IMG/VR virus record: IMGVR_UViG_3300043642_000037 | Span: 32,001 to 96,000 of that record | Source: a virus | Taxonomy: Duplodnaviria; Caudoviricetes | Length of the DNA: 64,000 nucleotides | Reading direction: 5' to 3' (one strand) | Shown: piece after piece, positions 28,494 to 38,561 of the stretch | How positions within the stretch are numbered: the first letter of the stretch is position 1 | Layout of the letters: each line of letters opens with the position of its first letter | Translations under genes and position numbers: made by a program | The notes under the pieces: generated by a model | Databases searched by the model: none | What the model saw: the letters and a program-made list of their open reading frames with translations, nothing else | What the model was told of the DNA's origin: nothing

Positions 28494-28545
28494 GGGTGGG
28501 TCTCCGCTGCCATTTGAACGTTGGAAGTATAGGACAGCGCGGGGA

Positions 28546-29247
28546 TCATTCCCTGCGCCGGAGCGCGACGGCCTCGAAGAACTCGGTGGCCGACGACGCG
28601 CCCGACGACGCGATCGCGGTCTCGATCTCCTCGAGCAGAGGGCCTGTGGGCGCGTTGGTGTACCGCACGTTGTTTTGGACGGTGAACGTCACGGGGGTGA
28701 TGAACGTGCCCTTGTCCCTCGGGAACGGCTGGGTGCGTCCGACCGTCGTCGGGGTCATGTCGTGGAAGCCGAACTTGCCCTGGATGAGCCTGTTGCTGGC
28801 GAGCAGAAAGATGCTGACCTGATCGCCGATGATGGCGCTCTCGAGCCGCTTCGCCGCCACGCACTCGATGAGAATCGGAACGGTCTCAAGGTGCCAGAAG
28901 CCGGAGAGCCCGGTGACGTTGTTCTTGCCGACGAAGTCGCCCAGCACGGTTCGGCTGTTGACCTGATCGTCGGCGTCGACGTAGACCGCGGGTCGCTTGT
29001 TCTTGGCCGGGTTCTCCTCGTTGAACGCGCTCTCGATCTCGATCCGGCTGGTGTTGGGATCCGGGTCCCACGGCCAGGGAAAGTCGGCTCCCACGGTCAC
29101 GCGCGCGAACCGCCGGCGTATCACCTCGACGAACACGCCGATCACCGCCAGCTTGGAGCCCGGTCGGATGCTGTCGACCTGCCGCCCCTCGGGCGACGGC
29201 AGAACCTTGGGGTCGGGGACGTATCCTGGATGGATCAGGTCGCTCAT
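28546..29247 (-). CDS. Probable tail completion/terminator protein
   Basis: Sits between neck genes and the sheath. Confidence 0.5.
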   Translation of the reverse strand: MSDLIHPGYVPDPKVLPSPEGRQVDSIRPGSKLAVIGVFVEVIRRRFARVTVGADFPWPWDPDPNTSRIEIESAFNEENPAKNKRPAVYVDADDQVNSRTVLGDFVGKNNVTGLSGFWHLETVPILIECVAAKRLESAIIGDQVSIFLLASNRLIQGKFGFHDMTPTTVGRTQPFPRDKGTFITPVTFTVQNNVRYTNAPTGPLLEEIETAIASSGASSATEFFEAVALRRRE

Positions 29248-30093
29248 CTAGTACAGCCCCGGGCTCTCTATGAGGTCGACCGGGACCTCGTACTCGACGG
29301 CGTTCCTGCCGAGAAGCGACGCGGTCAACTTCTGGTGTACGGTGACCCCCTTCAGCTCGGTCGGCGTCATGCGCTGGACCTCGTAGCGGTCTCCCGATCT
29401 CAGGTCGACAACGACGTCCTTGTACTCCAGCCGTGGGAAGTCCAGCAGGATGTAGTCGGCGTACTTGACGTCGGTTTCGCCGTGGGCGGAGAGCTGCGTC
29501 TGGACGGTCGCTGCCTCGCGGCGCCCTCGCACGCGCACCGGGGACCAGTATCCGTCCTCGAACCCGGTGCCGAAGCAGGTCAGGCAGTGCTCCTGCGTGG
29601 CCTCGCGCAGCGTCGGATCCCAGCAGACGGGGCAACGCGAGCCCCAGCGACGCCGCTTGAGCAGCGACAGCGGAACCCCGTTGAGACGGCGAAACCCCAC
29701 CGACAGATCGCGTAGGAGCTTGCGCTTGAGGAGGCGTGTCCGCTTGTCGAGCCCGGGTTCCACGGGCACGGCCGGGCTCGAGAACGCCGCGGCCCCGCCC
29801 GAGGGCGGGGTCACCGTCACCTTGTAGAATATCTCCCTCGACAGGGAGAATAGGGTGACGGGTTCCCGACCGTTGGCGTTGCTTGGCGGCGACGGCGGGA
29901 GGCCGAACGCCTCGTCGACGAAGTTGTAGGCCTCGCGGAGGCCGACGGCTATCGACTCCCACGGGCCGGCGGGTCCGCCGGCGCGAAACACGTCGACGAA
30001 GAATGCGCCGCTCTCGTCGGACGCCACGTCCCACTGCACGAATACCTTCGTCGGGTACAGCGCGGTCGTGCGCGTGATCGACACGCTGCTCAC
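29248..30093 (-). CDS. Probable neck/head-closure protein with Zn-finger
   Basis: RCPVCWD...CLTCFGTGFEDGY; position in the module. Confidence 0.55.
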   Translation of the reverse strand: MSSVSITRTTALYPTKVFVQWDVASDESGAFFVDVFRAGGPAGPWESIAVGLREAYNFVDEAFGLPPSPPSNANGREPVTLFSLSREIFYKVTVTPPSGGAAAFSSPAVPVEPGLDKRTRLLKRKLLRDLSVGFRRLNGVPLSLLKRRRWGSRCPVCWDPTLREATQEHCLTCFGTGFEDGYWSPVRVRGRREAATVQTQLSAHGETDVKYADYILLDFPRLEYKDVVVDLRSGDRYEVQRMTPTELKGVTVHQKLTASLLGRNAVEYEVPVDLIESPGLY

Positions 30094-30812
30094 GGCGCGA
30101 CGCTCTCGACGCAGGTCGAGTCGACGGCGTTGTCGACTCCGTTGAAGGCTCGATCGATTCGCTGCGAGCCCTCGTCGCCCCAGGCCACCGGCGGCGTCCT
30201 TACCGCGGCGCGCTCTTCATACGGGTTGACGGAGGGTCCACGCTTCTCGGATCCCGGCTGGACCAGACCCGAGACTTTATCGAGCCCCGAGGTCATCTGG
30301 GCAGGCTCGTCGGCGACGCTGTTGATGCCGAGGTGTCGAAGCAGGTCCGCGAACGCGGACGACGCCTGCTCGTCCGCAGGCCTGCCGTCGCGAGCCCGGG
30401 CCAGCGAGCTGTCCGCGCTGGTGGCCGAGCTGTAGTGCGGGCTGGTCGAGGGCCCGCCCTCCTGGGCGTCGTCAGCGGTCATGCCGAGGTTGAAGTTCGC
30501 GCGCTTGATGGGCACCGGGCGCTTGCAGGGCCCGTAGTGCTTGGGCTTGCGGCACGTGCCGCAGACGTCGCTGGCGGACAGCTTTCGCCGCGGCTCCATC
30601 CGCGTCTCGCCCTGCTCGTGACGATCGAAGGTCTGGCTGAGCACCGCCGGCGTCGACGTCGGCGATGGCACCGGCACCGGTGGCGGCGGCGGCTGGCTCT
30701 TCAGGACGGCGCTCTGCTGAACCACCGGGTTGGTCGTGGATGGCCACGCCAGCTTGTGGCGCCGCAGCGCCGCCAGCTGACCGTCGGCGTACGCGCGCTC
30801 GAGGACGCTCAC
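30090..30812 (-). CDS. Low-complexity protein with the shared helix motif
   Basis: AYADGQLAALRRHKLA; CGTC...HYGPC; RIDRAF. Confidence 0.7.
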   Translation of the reverse strand: MSVLERAYADGQLAALRRHKLAWPSTTNPVVQQSAVLKSQPPPPPVPVPSPTSTPAVLSQTFDRHEQGETRMEPRRKLSASDVCGTCRKPKHYGPCKRPVPIKRANFNLGMTADDAQEGGPSTSPHYSSATSADSSLARARDGRPADEQASSAFADLLRHLGINSVADEPAQMTSGLDKVSGLVQPGSEKRGPSVNPYEERAAVRTPPVAWGDEGSQRIDRAFNGVDNAVDSTCVESVAP

Positions 30813-31162
30813 GGGGAGACCACCGCGCCCGGCAGCGGCATGGACGAGGTGGCGAAGTCGTCCTCGTTGCGCTGGAAGGCCCTGTCGATCACGCTGCGCT
30901 GCCTGCGTCCCTGATCGACCGGGTCCGCGGCACCTGCGCCCGCGCCATCCGTCGAGGTCGACGCGCCCATCCCGACGTTGAACGCGGTCTTCGCCGGCGT
31001 GACGTCGCCTCCGGTCAGCCGCGAGGGCGCCGATCCGGGCTTGGGGATTCCCGGGATCTTGGGCACGCCGATGCCGGCCGACGCGAGCGTCGGTTGACCC
31101 GGCAGGCCGAACGTCGCCAGCGCGACGCGGCCGCCCTGCAGCGCTGCCTGCCGTAGGTTCAC
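30809..31162 (-). CDS. Small protein with the shared helix motif
   Basis: AALQGGRVALATFGL; KTAFNVGM; VIDRAF. Confidence 0.7.
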   Translation of the reverse strand: MNLRQAALQGGRVALATFGLPGQPTLASAGIGVPKIPGIPKPGSAPSRLTGGDVTPAKTAFNVGMGASTSTDGAGAGAADPVDQGRRQRSVIDRAFQRNEDDFATSSMPLPGAVVSP

Positions 31163-31173
31163 GAGGTGAAGTC

Positions 31174-31347
31174 CTAGCGCTTGACGAGACCCGCGATCAG
31201 GCCGTCGAGGCCGTGAGCCTGCGGCGTCTGGCTCGGCAGCAATCCGATCTCCTGGGCCTCCTTGTAGACGTCCTCGAGGGACGCGTAGCCTGCTTCCTTG
31301 ATCGCCTTCTGGACGCCGATATCACGCGCGGTTTTGATGTGGCTCAT
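31174..31347 (-). CDS. 57-aa protein not in the ORF track, motif variant
   Basis: MSHIKTARDIGVQKAIKEAGYASLEDVYKEAQEIGLL...; AGGAG SD and GCTACAAT upstream. Confidence 0.7.
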   Translation of the reverse strand: MSHIKTARDIGVQKAIKEAGYASLEDVYKEAQEIGLLPSQTPQAHGLDGLIAGLVKR

Positions 31348-31372
31348 CGAAGTCTCCTGGCTGGATTGTAGC

Positions 31373-31645
31373 TCATCCGATGACCTCCTGGCCGTACGTG
31401 CCGTCGGCGCGCCCGGGCGCGAGGTGATCGACGTCGGAGACGTTCCACAGCCAGTCGGGCATGTTGGGATCCTGCCCGCCGGGGGCGGATGCCGGCGATC
31501 TCGAGGGGTACTGGAGTCGCTCGGTGCCGTGGCTCTGCTCGTCGCCGCGCGGCGCGACGCCGGGGCTCGCGCCCATGGCGCCGGACAGCTTGAAGCGCGC
31601 CAGCGCGCTCGCGACGCCGGCGCTCCGTGCCGCCCTCAGGCTCAT
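31373..31645 (-). CDS. Small protein with the shared helix motif
   Basis: MSLRAARSAGVASALARFKLS; ATGA overlap. Confidence 0.7.
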   Translation of the reverse strand: MSLRAARSAGVASALARFKLSGAMGASPGVAPRGDEQSHGTERLQYPSRSPASAPGGQDPNMPDWLWNVSDVDHLAPGRADGTYGQEVIG

Positions 31646-32118
31646 CGGTTGAATCTCGACACGTTCCGGTACCCCGATCCCAGGGTGCCGTACGCCGACT
31701 CGAGGTTGTTCTGCGTCTTGACGCCTCGCGCCTGCTCGTCCCACTCCTCCTTGAGTCCCTTCGCGAGCTGCGAGTACAGCGCGGACTTGTCGTCGATCCC
31801 GATCGGGCTGACGTCGCCGTCCTGCACGGTGGCCTGGTTCCTCGCCTGGAGGAACGACTCCGTCATGAGCAGGAACCTCGCCGTGCCCACCAGGAGGAGG
31901 TAGCGCAGATGCCGGGGGAACGACATCGGAGTCAGGTTGGTCTGCGGCGTGATCCCGTTGTAGGCGCTGACGGCCATCTCGAGCGCGAAGTTGACTTCCT
32001 TGTCGGTGAACTGGACCTCGTCGAGCAGGATGTTGTTGTCCGCGCGGTCCCGGAGGAACATGCGAACCTGGTCCCTCGAGAGGATGACGGGCGTGGTTGG
32101 CGTCGCTACGACCGGCAT
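31642..32118 (-). CDS. Probable head-tail connector/adaptor
   Basis: VRMFLRD...FTDKEVNFAL helical pattern; position. Confidence 0.55.
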   Translation of the reverse strand: MPVVATPTTPVILSRDQVRMFLRDRADNNILLDEVQFTDKEVNFALEMAVSAYNGITPQTNLTPMSFPRHLRYLLLVGTARFLLMTESFLQARNQATVQDGDVSPIGIDDKSALYSQLAKGLKEEWDEQARGVKTQNNLESAYGTLGSGYRNVSRFNR

Positions 32119-32618
32119 CAGCGCACGAACGTCCTCTCCAGGCTGGCGACGACCCGAGCGATCTGCGCGGCTGCGTTCGCGGTGCTCACGATTTTGATGG
32201 CCTGGTAGGGGAACACCACCACCTTGAGCTTGGTTTCATCCAGCGCCAGAAACGTCACGCCGGTGGCCTGCTCGATCGTGATGTCCTCCCCGGCGACGGT
32301 CGTCGGGAGGTCGTCGTTGACCGTGGACGGTACGAGGTTGCAGAGCTTGACTACGACGTCGCTCGCGGCACCGAAGTCGACGTGGATCTGCGTGCACATC
32401 AACGGCTCGTTGGCGTTCCAGAAGAACAACCCGCCCTTGGCCGCGGCTGGGTACTTGTACACTGCGTTCGCCTGGCTGAGCGGGCTGTCGGCTCGAACGC
32501 CCGCGGCCTGCGGAAGGGTCCCGTCGAAGTTGCCCGCCGCCGAGATCCTCTGCTGGATGACGGTGGACCAGCTGAACGCCTGACGAGAGGCTACCGGGGT
32601 GACGGAGGGTGACGCCAT
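32118..32618 (-). CDS. Probable structural protein
   Basis: CCTACAAT motif 8 nt upstream of ATG. Confidence 0.6.
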   Translation of the reverse strand: MASPSVTPVASRQAFSWSTVIQQRISAAGNFDGTLPQAAGVRADSPLSQANAVYKYPAAAKGGLFFWNANEPLMCTQIHVDFGAASDVVVKLCNLVPSTVNDDLPTTVAGEDITIEQATGVTFLALDETKLKVVVFPYQAIKIVSTANAAAQIARVVASLERTFVR

Positions 32619-32800
32619 ACCGTTGTATTGTAGGCCATGAACAAGTGCAAGGAGCTTGAAGTCGCACGTAACATGGAAGCCGCATGCACGTTAGGAGCTG
32701 GCGCGCGGTCTCGTCGGCATCTAGATGGGCGTAGATGGGCAGAGGCCGATGTCACCATCGGCTCACGTGAACCCCCTCGACGTCTTTGGCGTGGCGATGA

Positions 32801-33451
32801 CTAGGCGAAGGTCTCGCGCGTGTCGGGCCCGAATTCGTCCGACTTCTCGAAGCGCACGACGTACGAGAAGCCGGGGTTGACCAGGATCGGATTTCGCCAT
32901 CGCCCGCCCGCGTCGGTTGTGGTTACGCCCACCGGACGCGTCAGGTTGCCGGCCGCGTAGTCGCTCTTGAAGTACACGCGGATCTGCGCGTTCTCGATCG
33001 GGGACCCGCCGGGCGTCACGTACGACAGCTCGCCGGGCAGCTGGTAGTCGTGATCGATCTTGGTCGTGTTCTCGAACGGCGGCGGAGGCACCGCGGACGA
33101 GCCACCGAGGCCGACGTCGAATGGGCTCCACTGGATCGCGTCCGATACGGTCCCGTCCTGGAGCACGACGCGGAGACGGTAGAAGTAGGTCTGCAGCGCG
33201 AGCGGGATCGTGTCGGACGGGACGAGGGCCAGGTTGACGGCGGCGCGCTCGAGGCGAAACGACAGGCCGGACGGGTTGTCGACGGTCGTCAACTGCACGG
33301 CGTTCGTGCTCGAGTCGGGGCTCGTTCGGACGAGGAACTCCGCAGTCGCGCCGAGGAGCCGCTCGACGGGAAGGGGTTGACCGTTCACGTCGACGAGGTC
33401 GACGATCTTCGAGAAGGACGCGCCTCGGATGACATCGATTCGATTAGACAT
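32801..33451 (-). CDS. Probable structural protein (beta-sandwich)
   Basis: IDVIRGASFSKIVDLVD N-terminus, BppU-like by recollection. Confidence 0.55.
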   Translation of the reverse strand: MSNRIDVIRGASFSKIVDLVDVNGQPLPVERLLGATAEFLVRTSPDSSTNAVQLTTVDNPSGLSFRLERAAVNLALVPSDTIPLALQTYFYRLRVVLQDGTVSDAIQWSPFDVGLGGSSAVPPPPFENTTKIDHDYQLPGELSYVTPGGSPIENAQIRVYFKSDYAAGNLTRPVGVTTTDAGGRWRNPILVNPGFSYVVRFEKSDEFGPDTRETFA

Positions 33452-35636
33452 CGTTCTTGCTCCTGATCACGCCGAACAGGTGGACCTGTTCGGACGCTCG
33501 CGACTCGATGGACGGCACCACTACGCGACCCTCGAGCTTGCCCGCGGCGCGTCCGGGCGGGATCGACGGGACCACGGCGGACACGCCCTCCCCGACCTGC
33601 GTCTGCACCTCGGACCCACGCAGCGATATCGCAGCCGGCACGATCGGCACGGCGTAGGTCACGCGCGTCTGGAGCACGGCTCCGACGAGCACCAGCACGG
33701 CCGGCGTCACCGCGTCCTGCGCGCCGGACGTTACAAGGTCCTGCACGTTTCCGCCCAGGAGCGTCACGGCCGCGGGCCCCACCGAGACCTTTCGCGCGAC
33801 GCGAGCAGGGACCTGTCCTCCGGACAGCGAGATCCCCGCAGGTTGAATCGCGACACGCCGAGCGACGGCGACCGGCACGACACCGCCGACCAGCGCGACC
33901 AGCGCCGGCGTGATCGAGTCCTTCTGGCTGTTGGACACCTGGTCCTGCACGTCGCCGCCGACGATCGACAGGGCCGCGGGCGCCACGGACACGACACGCG
34001 TCACGCGATCGGGGACGCTGCCGCCGACGAGCGCGATCGCGGCAGGCACCACCGTGTCCATGCGCTCGACGCCTTCGACGACCGTCCCTCCCGTGATCAC
34101 CAGCGACGCCGGGGTGACTGCGACGCGGTACGCGACTCGCTCGCCGACGACCTGACCAACCAGGGAGGTCGACGCAGACGTTACGGGCTCAGAGAACGCC
34201 GGTTGGATCGCGACCAGACGGAGCTGCGCGCCCTGCGCGGGCGAGTGAGTCCACGTGACGCTGCGCGTGCTCGGGCCGGCGCCCGCGGGGACGTACAGGT
34301 ACGCCATCGCGCCTTGGACCTCGCCGAACTCGTTGTTCACCAAGTACGACTGCGCGACCGTGAATCCGCCATCAGGCACGGCGGTGTACGGGGTTCCCAC
34401 GCCCGGTGACGGGCTCGAGAACGGTGGAACCACCGGGGACGATCCCCACCAGTAGGCGACGAGCAGGGCCTCTCCGTCGATCGATATCGTCGGGCTGATC
34501 TGCTGCGTCGTGCCCGACGCGTTGGCGACGTTGTTGTGGACCTCCGTGACCCGGGGATGTCCGCCGGCGACGACCGCGACGAGCGCGAACGTCGTGTTCT
34601 CGTCGCTCGTGGTGACGGGCTGCGTGAAGGTTTGCCCGACGTCGCCGACCATCGGGGCCGGCGTGAGCGCCACGACGGTTCCGTATCCCGGGAAGTCGGG
34701 ATAGTCGACGACGACGCCCACGATGACCGCTGAGGCCACGTTCTTGCTGTCGGTCCACGCCACGGACACGTCGCTGCTCTTGCCGCCGGCGCACAGCAGC
34801 ACCACGGCACCCGACGTCGGGGTGTCCACGGTCACGCTCGATGAGCGATTCGCGAAGGCGAAACGCTGGAAGTCGACAGCCGTTGGGCCGAGCGAAATCA
34901 GGCCGCCCTGACCCTCCGGCACGCTTCCGCCGGCGATCGTCACGAGCGCGGAAGACACGGAGTCCGCGTAGGACCTCTTGACCGACACTGATCCGCCGAC
35001 CAGGGTGACGGAGGCCGGCGTCACCCCGTCCGAGTTTCCCCCGCGCCCCTCGCTGACGCTCCCGCCGACCATGGTCAACGTCGCAGGCGACACGACGTCC
35101 TTGAGGCCGAGCTTCTCGCCGATCGCGCCTCCCGCGATCACGATTGCGGCCGGCGTGATCGTGTCCCCCGACACGCCGTCGTCGATCGCGCTCACGCCGC
35201 CGATGAACTCGAAGTTCGTGCCGCCTCCCTGGCGACCGATCTCGAGAAGCAGCGTCGGGTCGAGAAACGGGCCGGGGAAGTCCACGCTCAGCGTGGTGTT
35301 TCCGGTCGTCGCGCCGGTGACCGTCGCGGTCAGGTGGCCAACGTCGGCGTCGACAACCAGCGTGATCGGCTGGCCCGGAGACCACGTCAGCGGGAATGAG
35401 AAGGCCAGATTGTCGTCTGGGTTGGTGTACAGCTCGAGGTTCTTGTCGTTGAACCAGAGCCCGCCGTGAAGCTGACCGAGGATCGCGTGGAAGTTGCCGC
35501 CGGTGTACGCGACGCTTCCGTCGGTCGGCGTGATGACGATGCGCCACTTCCCGGCGTTGATCGTGGACGCGGCCGCGTCGAAGGTTCCCCCGGTGAAGTC
35601 CTGGGGAACCGTCGTTATGTTGAGGACGACGGTCAC
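33444..35636 (-). CDS. Fibre-like protein with about 13 V(T/S)PA..h..GG.V repeats
   Basis: Repeats such as ITPAAIVIAGGAI, VTPASVTLVGGSV and VVPAAIALVGGSV flank a globular domain. Confidence 0.65.
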   Translation of the reverse strand: MTVVLNITTVPQDFTGGTFDAAASTINAGKWRIVITPTDGSVAYTGGNFHAILGQLHGGLWFNDKNLELYTNPDDNLAFSFPLTWSPGQPITLVVDADVGHLTATVTGATTGNTTLSVDFPGPFLDPTLLLEIGRQGGGTNFEFIGGVSAIDDGVSGDTITPAAIVIAGGAIGEKLGLKDVVSPATLTMVGGSVSEGRGGNSDGVTPASVTLVGGSVSVKRSYADSVSSALVTIAGGSVPEGQGGLISLGPTAVDFQRFAFANRSSSVTVDTPTSGAVVLLCAGGKSSDVSVAWTDSKNVASAVIVGVVVDYPDFPGYGTVVALTPAPMVGDVGQTFTQPVTTSDENTTFALVAVVAGGHPRVTEVHNNVANASGTTQQISPTISIDGEALLVAYWWGSSPVVPPFSSPSPGVGTPYTAVPDGGFTVAQSYLVNNEFGEVQGAMAYLYVPAGAGPSTRSVTWTHSPAQGAQLRLVAIQPAFSEPVTSASTSLVGQVVGERVAYRVAVTPASLVITGGTVVEGVERMDTVVPAAIALVGGSVPDRVTRVVSVAPAALSIVGGDVQDQVSNSQKDSITPALVALVGGVVPVAVARRVAIQPAGISLSGGQVPARVARKVSVGPAAVTLLGGNVQDLVTSGAQDAVTPAVLVLVGAVLQTRVTYAVPIVPAAISLRGSEVQTQVGEGVSAVVPSIPPGRAAGKLEGRVVVPSIESRASEQVHLFGVIRSKNDV

Positions 35637-35649
35637 GACCGCCTCTCGG

Positions 35650-36078
35650 CTAGGTCGCGGTCATCGTCCAGAGGTTGGACGACAGGATCTGATACGTCTC
35701 GCCGGTTACGCCGTTCAGCGTAATGGAGGACCCGTGGTCGATGAATCCCAGCACGGGCTTGCCGGACGCCGTGTCGTCGTAGAACACGACATAGCGGAAC
35801 GCGGCCATGCTTCCGGTGTTGGCGGTCCAGGTCGGGTTCGACGGGGCGATGGCGATCGTCTCGACGTTGCTGGACCTGGACTTGGTGCAGTTCACGTTGA
35901 CGCCGCCAGCCGCGTAGCCGTTGCCGGCCGAGATCTCGGTGATGTCGGTCTTGACCGCGGTCGTCGCCTGGACCGGCGCGACGTTGGTCAGCATCGCCTT
36001 GATGACGTTGGTGCCGAAGACGTGCGCGCCTATCGACAGGTTGTCGACGAGGACGTTGACGGGCAGGAAAGTGGCCAT
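35650..36078 (-). CDS. Conserved phage structural protein
   Basis: IKAMLTN...EISAGNGYAAGG...FRYVVFYDDT. Confidence 0.65.
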   Translation of the reverse strand: MATFLPVNVLVDNLSIGAHVFGTNVIKAMLTNVAPVQATTAVKTDITEISAGNGYAAGGVNVNCTKSRSSNVETIAIAPSNPTWTANTGSMAAFRYVVFYDDTASGKPVLGFIDHGSSITLNGVTGETYQILSSNLWTMTAT

Positions 36079-36101
36079 GACCGATTACCTTTCCGGGTCG
36101 G

Positions 36102-36581
36102 CTACGAGCGCCGACCAGCCTTTCGGGAGTCCGACCTGCCGGATGGCTTGTTGGACCCCTCGGGCTTGGTGGACATGTCGGTCATCGCGTCGTCTTCCGG
36201 CGGCTGGGCGGGGCCGACGTCGTCGACATGATCGGCCGCGCCGGGTGGGCTGACGCTCTCGACGGACGACGCCTCGGAGGTCTCGGGCGGGGCCTCTGTC
36301 CCGGCGGCTTCGGGGTCTCCGGACGGCTCCGGGTCGTTGGTGACAACCGGGGCCTCGGGTGGGCCGAGGTCGCTGGGCGGATCGTCATCCGGGACGTCGA
36401 CCGGAAGGCGGGCAAGGGTCACCCACTGCGCGGCCACGACGCGCTGCAGAACCGGATTGCTCCCCTCGCGGTCCGGAACGTCCCGATGCGACGGGCCGTT
36501 CAAGACCACGGGAAGCCCGTGCTCGTCCTTGACCGCTGACAGGTCAAGGACACCAGGGCTGGTTTTGGCGATCCTCAGCAT
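36102..36581 (-). CDS. Hypothetical protein with an acidic disordered tail
   Basis: Immediately downstream of the capsid gene. Confidence 0.6.
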   Translation of the reverse strand: MLRIAKTSPGVLDLSAVKDEHGLPVVLNGPSHRDVPDREGSNPVLQRVVAAQWVTLARLPVDVPDDDPPSDLGPPEAPVVTNDPEPSGDPEAAGTEAPPETSEASSVESVSPPGAADHVDDVGPAQPPEDDAMTDMSTKPEGSNKPSGRSDSRKAGRRS

Positions 36582-36585
36582 GCGA

Positions 36586-37530
36586 TCACAGGGGGAAGTC
36601 GATGCGCTGGAAGGCCAGGGTGTTGCCGATGCCGATGCCGGGAGCGGCGTAGCTCCAGAACTCGATCAGATCCGCCTCCTGTTTGATGTACAGCGTCGCG
36701 TCCTGGAGCAGGAAGAACACGCCGAGGTAGTTCTGCGGCGCGAAGATGTACGCGCTGCGGCGGCCGATCGTCGGATCCGTCGACGGGTTGTCGATGATCT
36801 CGTTCTTGATCGAAGAAACCACTGGGATGCCCCAGAGCTTCTCCTCTGCCTCGATGCCGAGGTCGTAGTGCCGCGACGCCACGTCGTTGCCGACCGAGGT
36901 GGCGGGCAGGTCGATGGCCTCGTAGTACAGCTCCTTGGACATCAGCATCTTGCCGATCGGCTGCTTGCGACGGACGAGCGCCTGGAATCCCTTCTTGAAG
37001 GCGGACGAGCCGAAGCTCGCGGCCTGGGTGCGCTGGGTGGCCAGGTTGAGCGCGATCAGGCCGTTGATCGTGTCCGTGAACTTCTGGTCTTCCTGGTCCG
37101 ACATGTCCTTGACGGAGTTGTCGGACAGGATCTTCCTGATGTCGTTCTGGTACGTCATCAGGTTCCACTTCCGGGTCTTGAAGTGCTGGCTCTCCGTCTT
37201 GCCGAAGTAGACGGCGAAGCGCTTGCCCCGGAAGAACGTCGAGCGGCCGCTGCCGTTGAAGGGAACGAACGTGGCGATGGAGTCGGGCTCCTTCTCCACG
37301 ATCTTCTTCGGCATGTCGCTGTTCTCGTCGCGATCCAGCTCGTCGTCCTGGAGCAGGATCGGCTCGATGATCTCGCGGGCGAAGCTCTCCTGTCGGAGCC
37401 GCTGGCGGACGAACGCGCTGCCCTCGGCCTCCGCCTCCTTGGTGCGGCCCTCCTCGAGCTTGCGAACGAAGTTGCTGTTGATGTACTGGGCCGAAACCTG
37501 CTGGGTCTCGGTCTTGTAGGCTGCCGACAT
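36586..37530 (-). CDS. Major capsid protein (HK97-fold, probable)
   Basis: 314 aa; AGGAG SD; very strong codon bias; follows protease, scaffold-like and decoration genes. Confidence 0.75.
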   Translation of the reverse strand: MSAAYKTETQQVSAQYINSNFVRKLEEGRTKEAEAEGSAFVRQRLRQESFAREIIEPILLQDDELDRDENSDMPKKIVEKEPDSIATFVPFNGSGRSTFFRGKRFAVYFGKTESQHFKTRKWNLMTYQNDIRKILSDNSVKDMSDQEDQKFTDTINGLIALNLATQRTQAASFGSSAFKKGFQALVRRKQPIGKMLMSKELYYEAIDLPATSVGNDVASRHYDLGIEAEEKLWGIPVVSSIKNEIIDNPSTDPTIGRRSAYIFAPQNYLGVFFLLQDATLYIKQEADLIEFWSYAAPGIGIGNTLAFQRIDFPL

Positions 37531-37578
37531 TCAGATCTCCTGGGGGTCTTCGAGGGTTGATGGTTGCCCGGCCGAAGG

Positions 37579-38040
37579 CTACTTGGCGGCCGTGTCGCCG
37601 CCGGAGTAGTAGACGACGATCGTGCCATCGGTCGCGGTGTTGTCCTCGAGGACCTCGCCGATGATCTGGTTGTTGGTGACCGCCGGCTGCCACTTGCCGG
37701 CGGAGAACGTGAGGCGCGTGCTCGGCGGGTAGCTGCCCGCGCCGAGGTTGCTCGGGTCGAGCCGGAACACCGCGTTGGCGCGGAGGCAGACGGCCTTCTG
37801 GAGGAAGGCGCCGGCTGGATCGTCGTTGCCTTCGACGACGACCCAGGTGGAGATCGCCTCGACGGTCGACCGATCCGGGGTGGTGGCGGCGATGACCGCG
37901 CCATCGGTGCCGAGCTTGACCACCATGCCCAGGACGATGGAATCGAAGGTCCCGGTGGTGACGTGGATCGGGTACGTCTCGTCGATCGCACCCTCCTTGG
38001 GATACCCGCGCAGAATGTCGAACTTCGAGTTGAGCAGCAT
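37579..38040 (-). CDS. Probable capsid decoration/cement protein
   Basis: Directly upstream of the capsid gene; GGAGG SD. Confidence 0.6.
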   Translation of the reverse strand: MLLNSKFDILRGYPKEGAIDETYPIHVTTGTFDSIVLGMVVKLGTDGAVIAATTPDRSTVEAISTWVVVEGNDDPAGAFLQKAVCLRANAVFRLDPSNLGAGSYPPSTRLTFSAGKWQPAVTNNQIIGEVLEDNTATDGTIVVYYSGGDTAAK

Positions 38041-38064
38041 GTCAGTTTCCTCCGTGGGTGCGAG

Positions 38065-38412
38065 CTACGAGAGAATCCAGTTTCCGAAGCGGCCGAAGGC
38101 GTCGTCCGACGCCTGCTTGATGCCTCGGGATTCGTTGGTTTCGGGATCCGCAGGCGAGCCGAGGGCCTCGACAACGCCAGACTGCTTCTGGAGCACGTTC
38201 TCGACGTACGCCAGGACGGACGGGTCGGTCTCCGCCAGCTTCCGTCGGATGTCGTCCGGGATGGCCTCGCCGTGCGCGGACGCGTGCGCGGACGCGACTT
38301 TGTCGACGCGAGCCAGACGAACGGACTCGGCGGCGGCTTGCTTCTCGCCCTCGACCGCATCCACGTACGTGGCCACGGCATCGAACACGTTGGCGACCTT
38401 GCGAAGGTTCAC
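38065..38412 (-). CDS. Scaffold-like helical protein, K-x-A rich
   Basis: KVA, KQA, KVA, KLA, KQA in 115 aa. Confidence 0.65.
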   Translation of the reverse strand: MNLRKVANVFDAVATYVDAVEGEKQAAAESVRLARVDKVASAHASAHGEAIPDDIRRKLAETDPSVLAYVENVLQKQSGVVEALGSPADPETNESRGIKQASDDAFGRFGNWILS

Positions 38413-38561
38413 GAGCGCCCTCCTGCGAGCTTGCGCAGCGCGGTGATTCCGGCCGCGGCGGTGATGATGCGGACGGACTGGATCCTCCGGTGAGCGTCAC
38501 GCAGGTCCGCTTCGGCGCGGAGGTCGCTGGCGATCTTCCTGAGCGCGTCGGAATCACGCAT
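38409..38561 (-). CDS. Small head-module protein
   Basis: MRDSDALRKIASDL...RKLAGGRS. Confidence 0.6.
   Translation of the reverse strand: MRDSDALRKIASDLRAEADLRDAHRRIQSVRIITAAAGITALRKLAGGRS

Noticed and set aside
32720-32762. TAGATGGGC doublet and GCCGATG/CATCGGC hairpin
   Set aside because: Short, no U-tract, and plausible by chance at this GC content.
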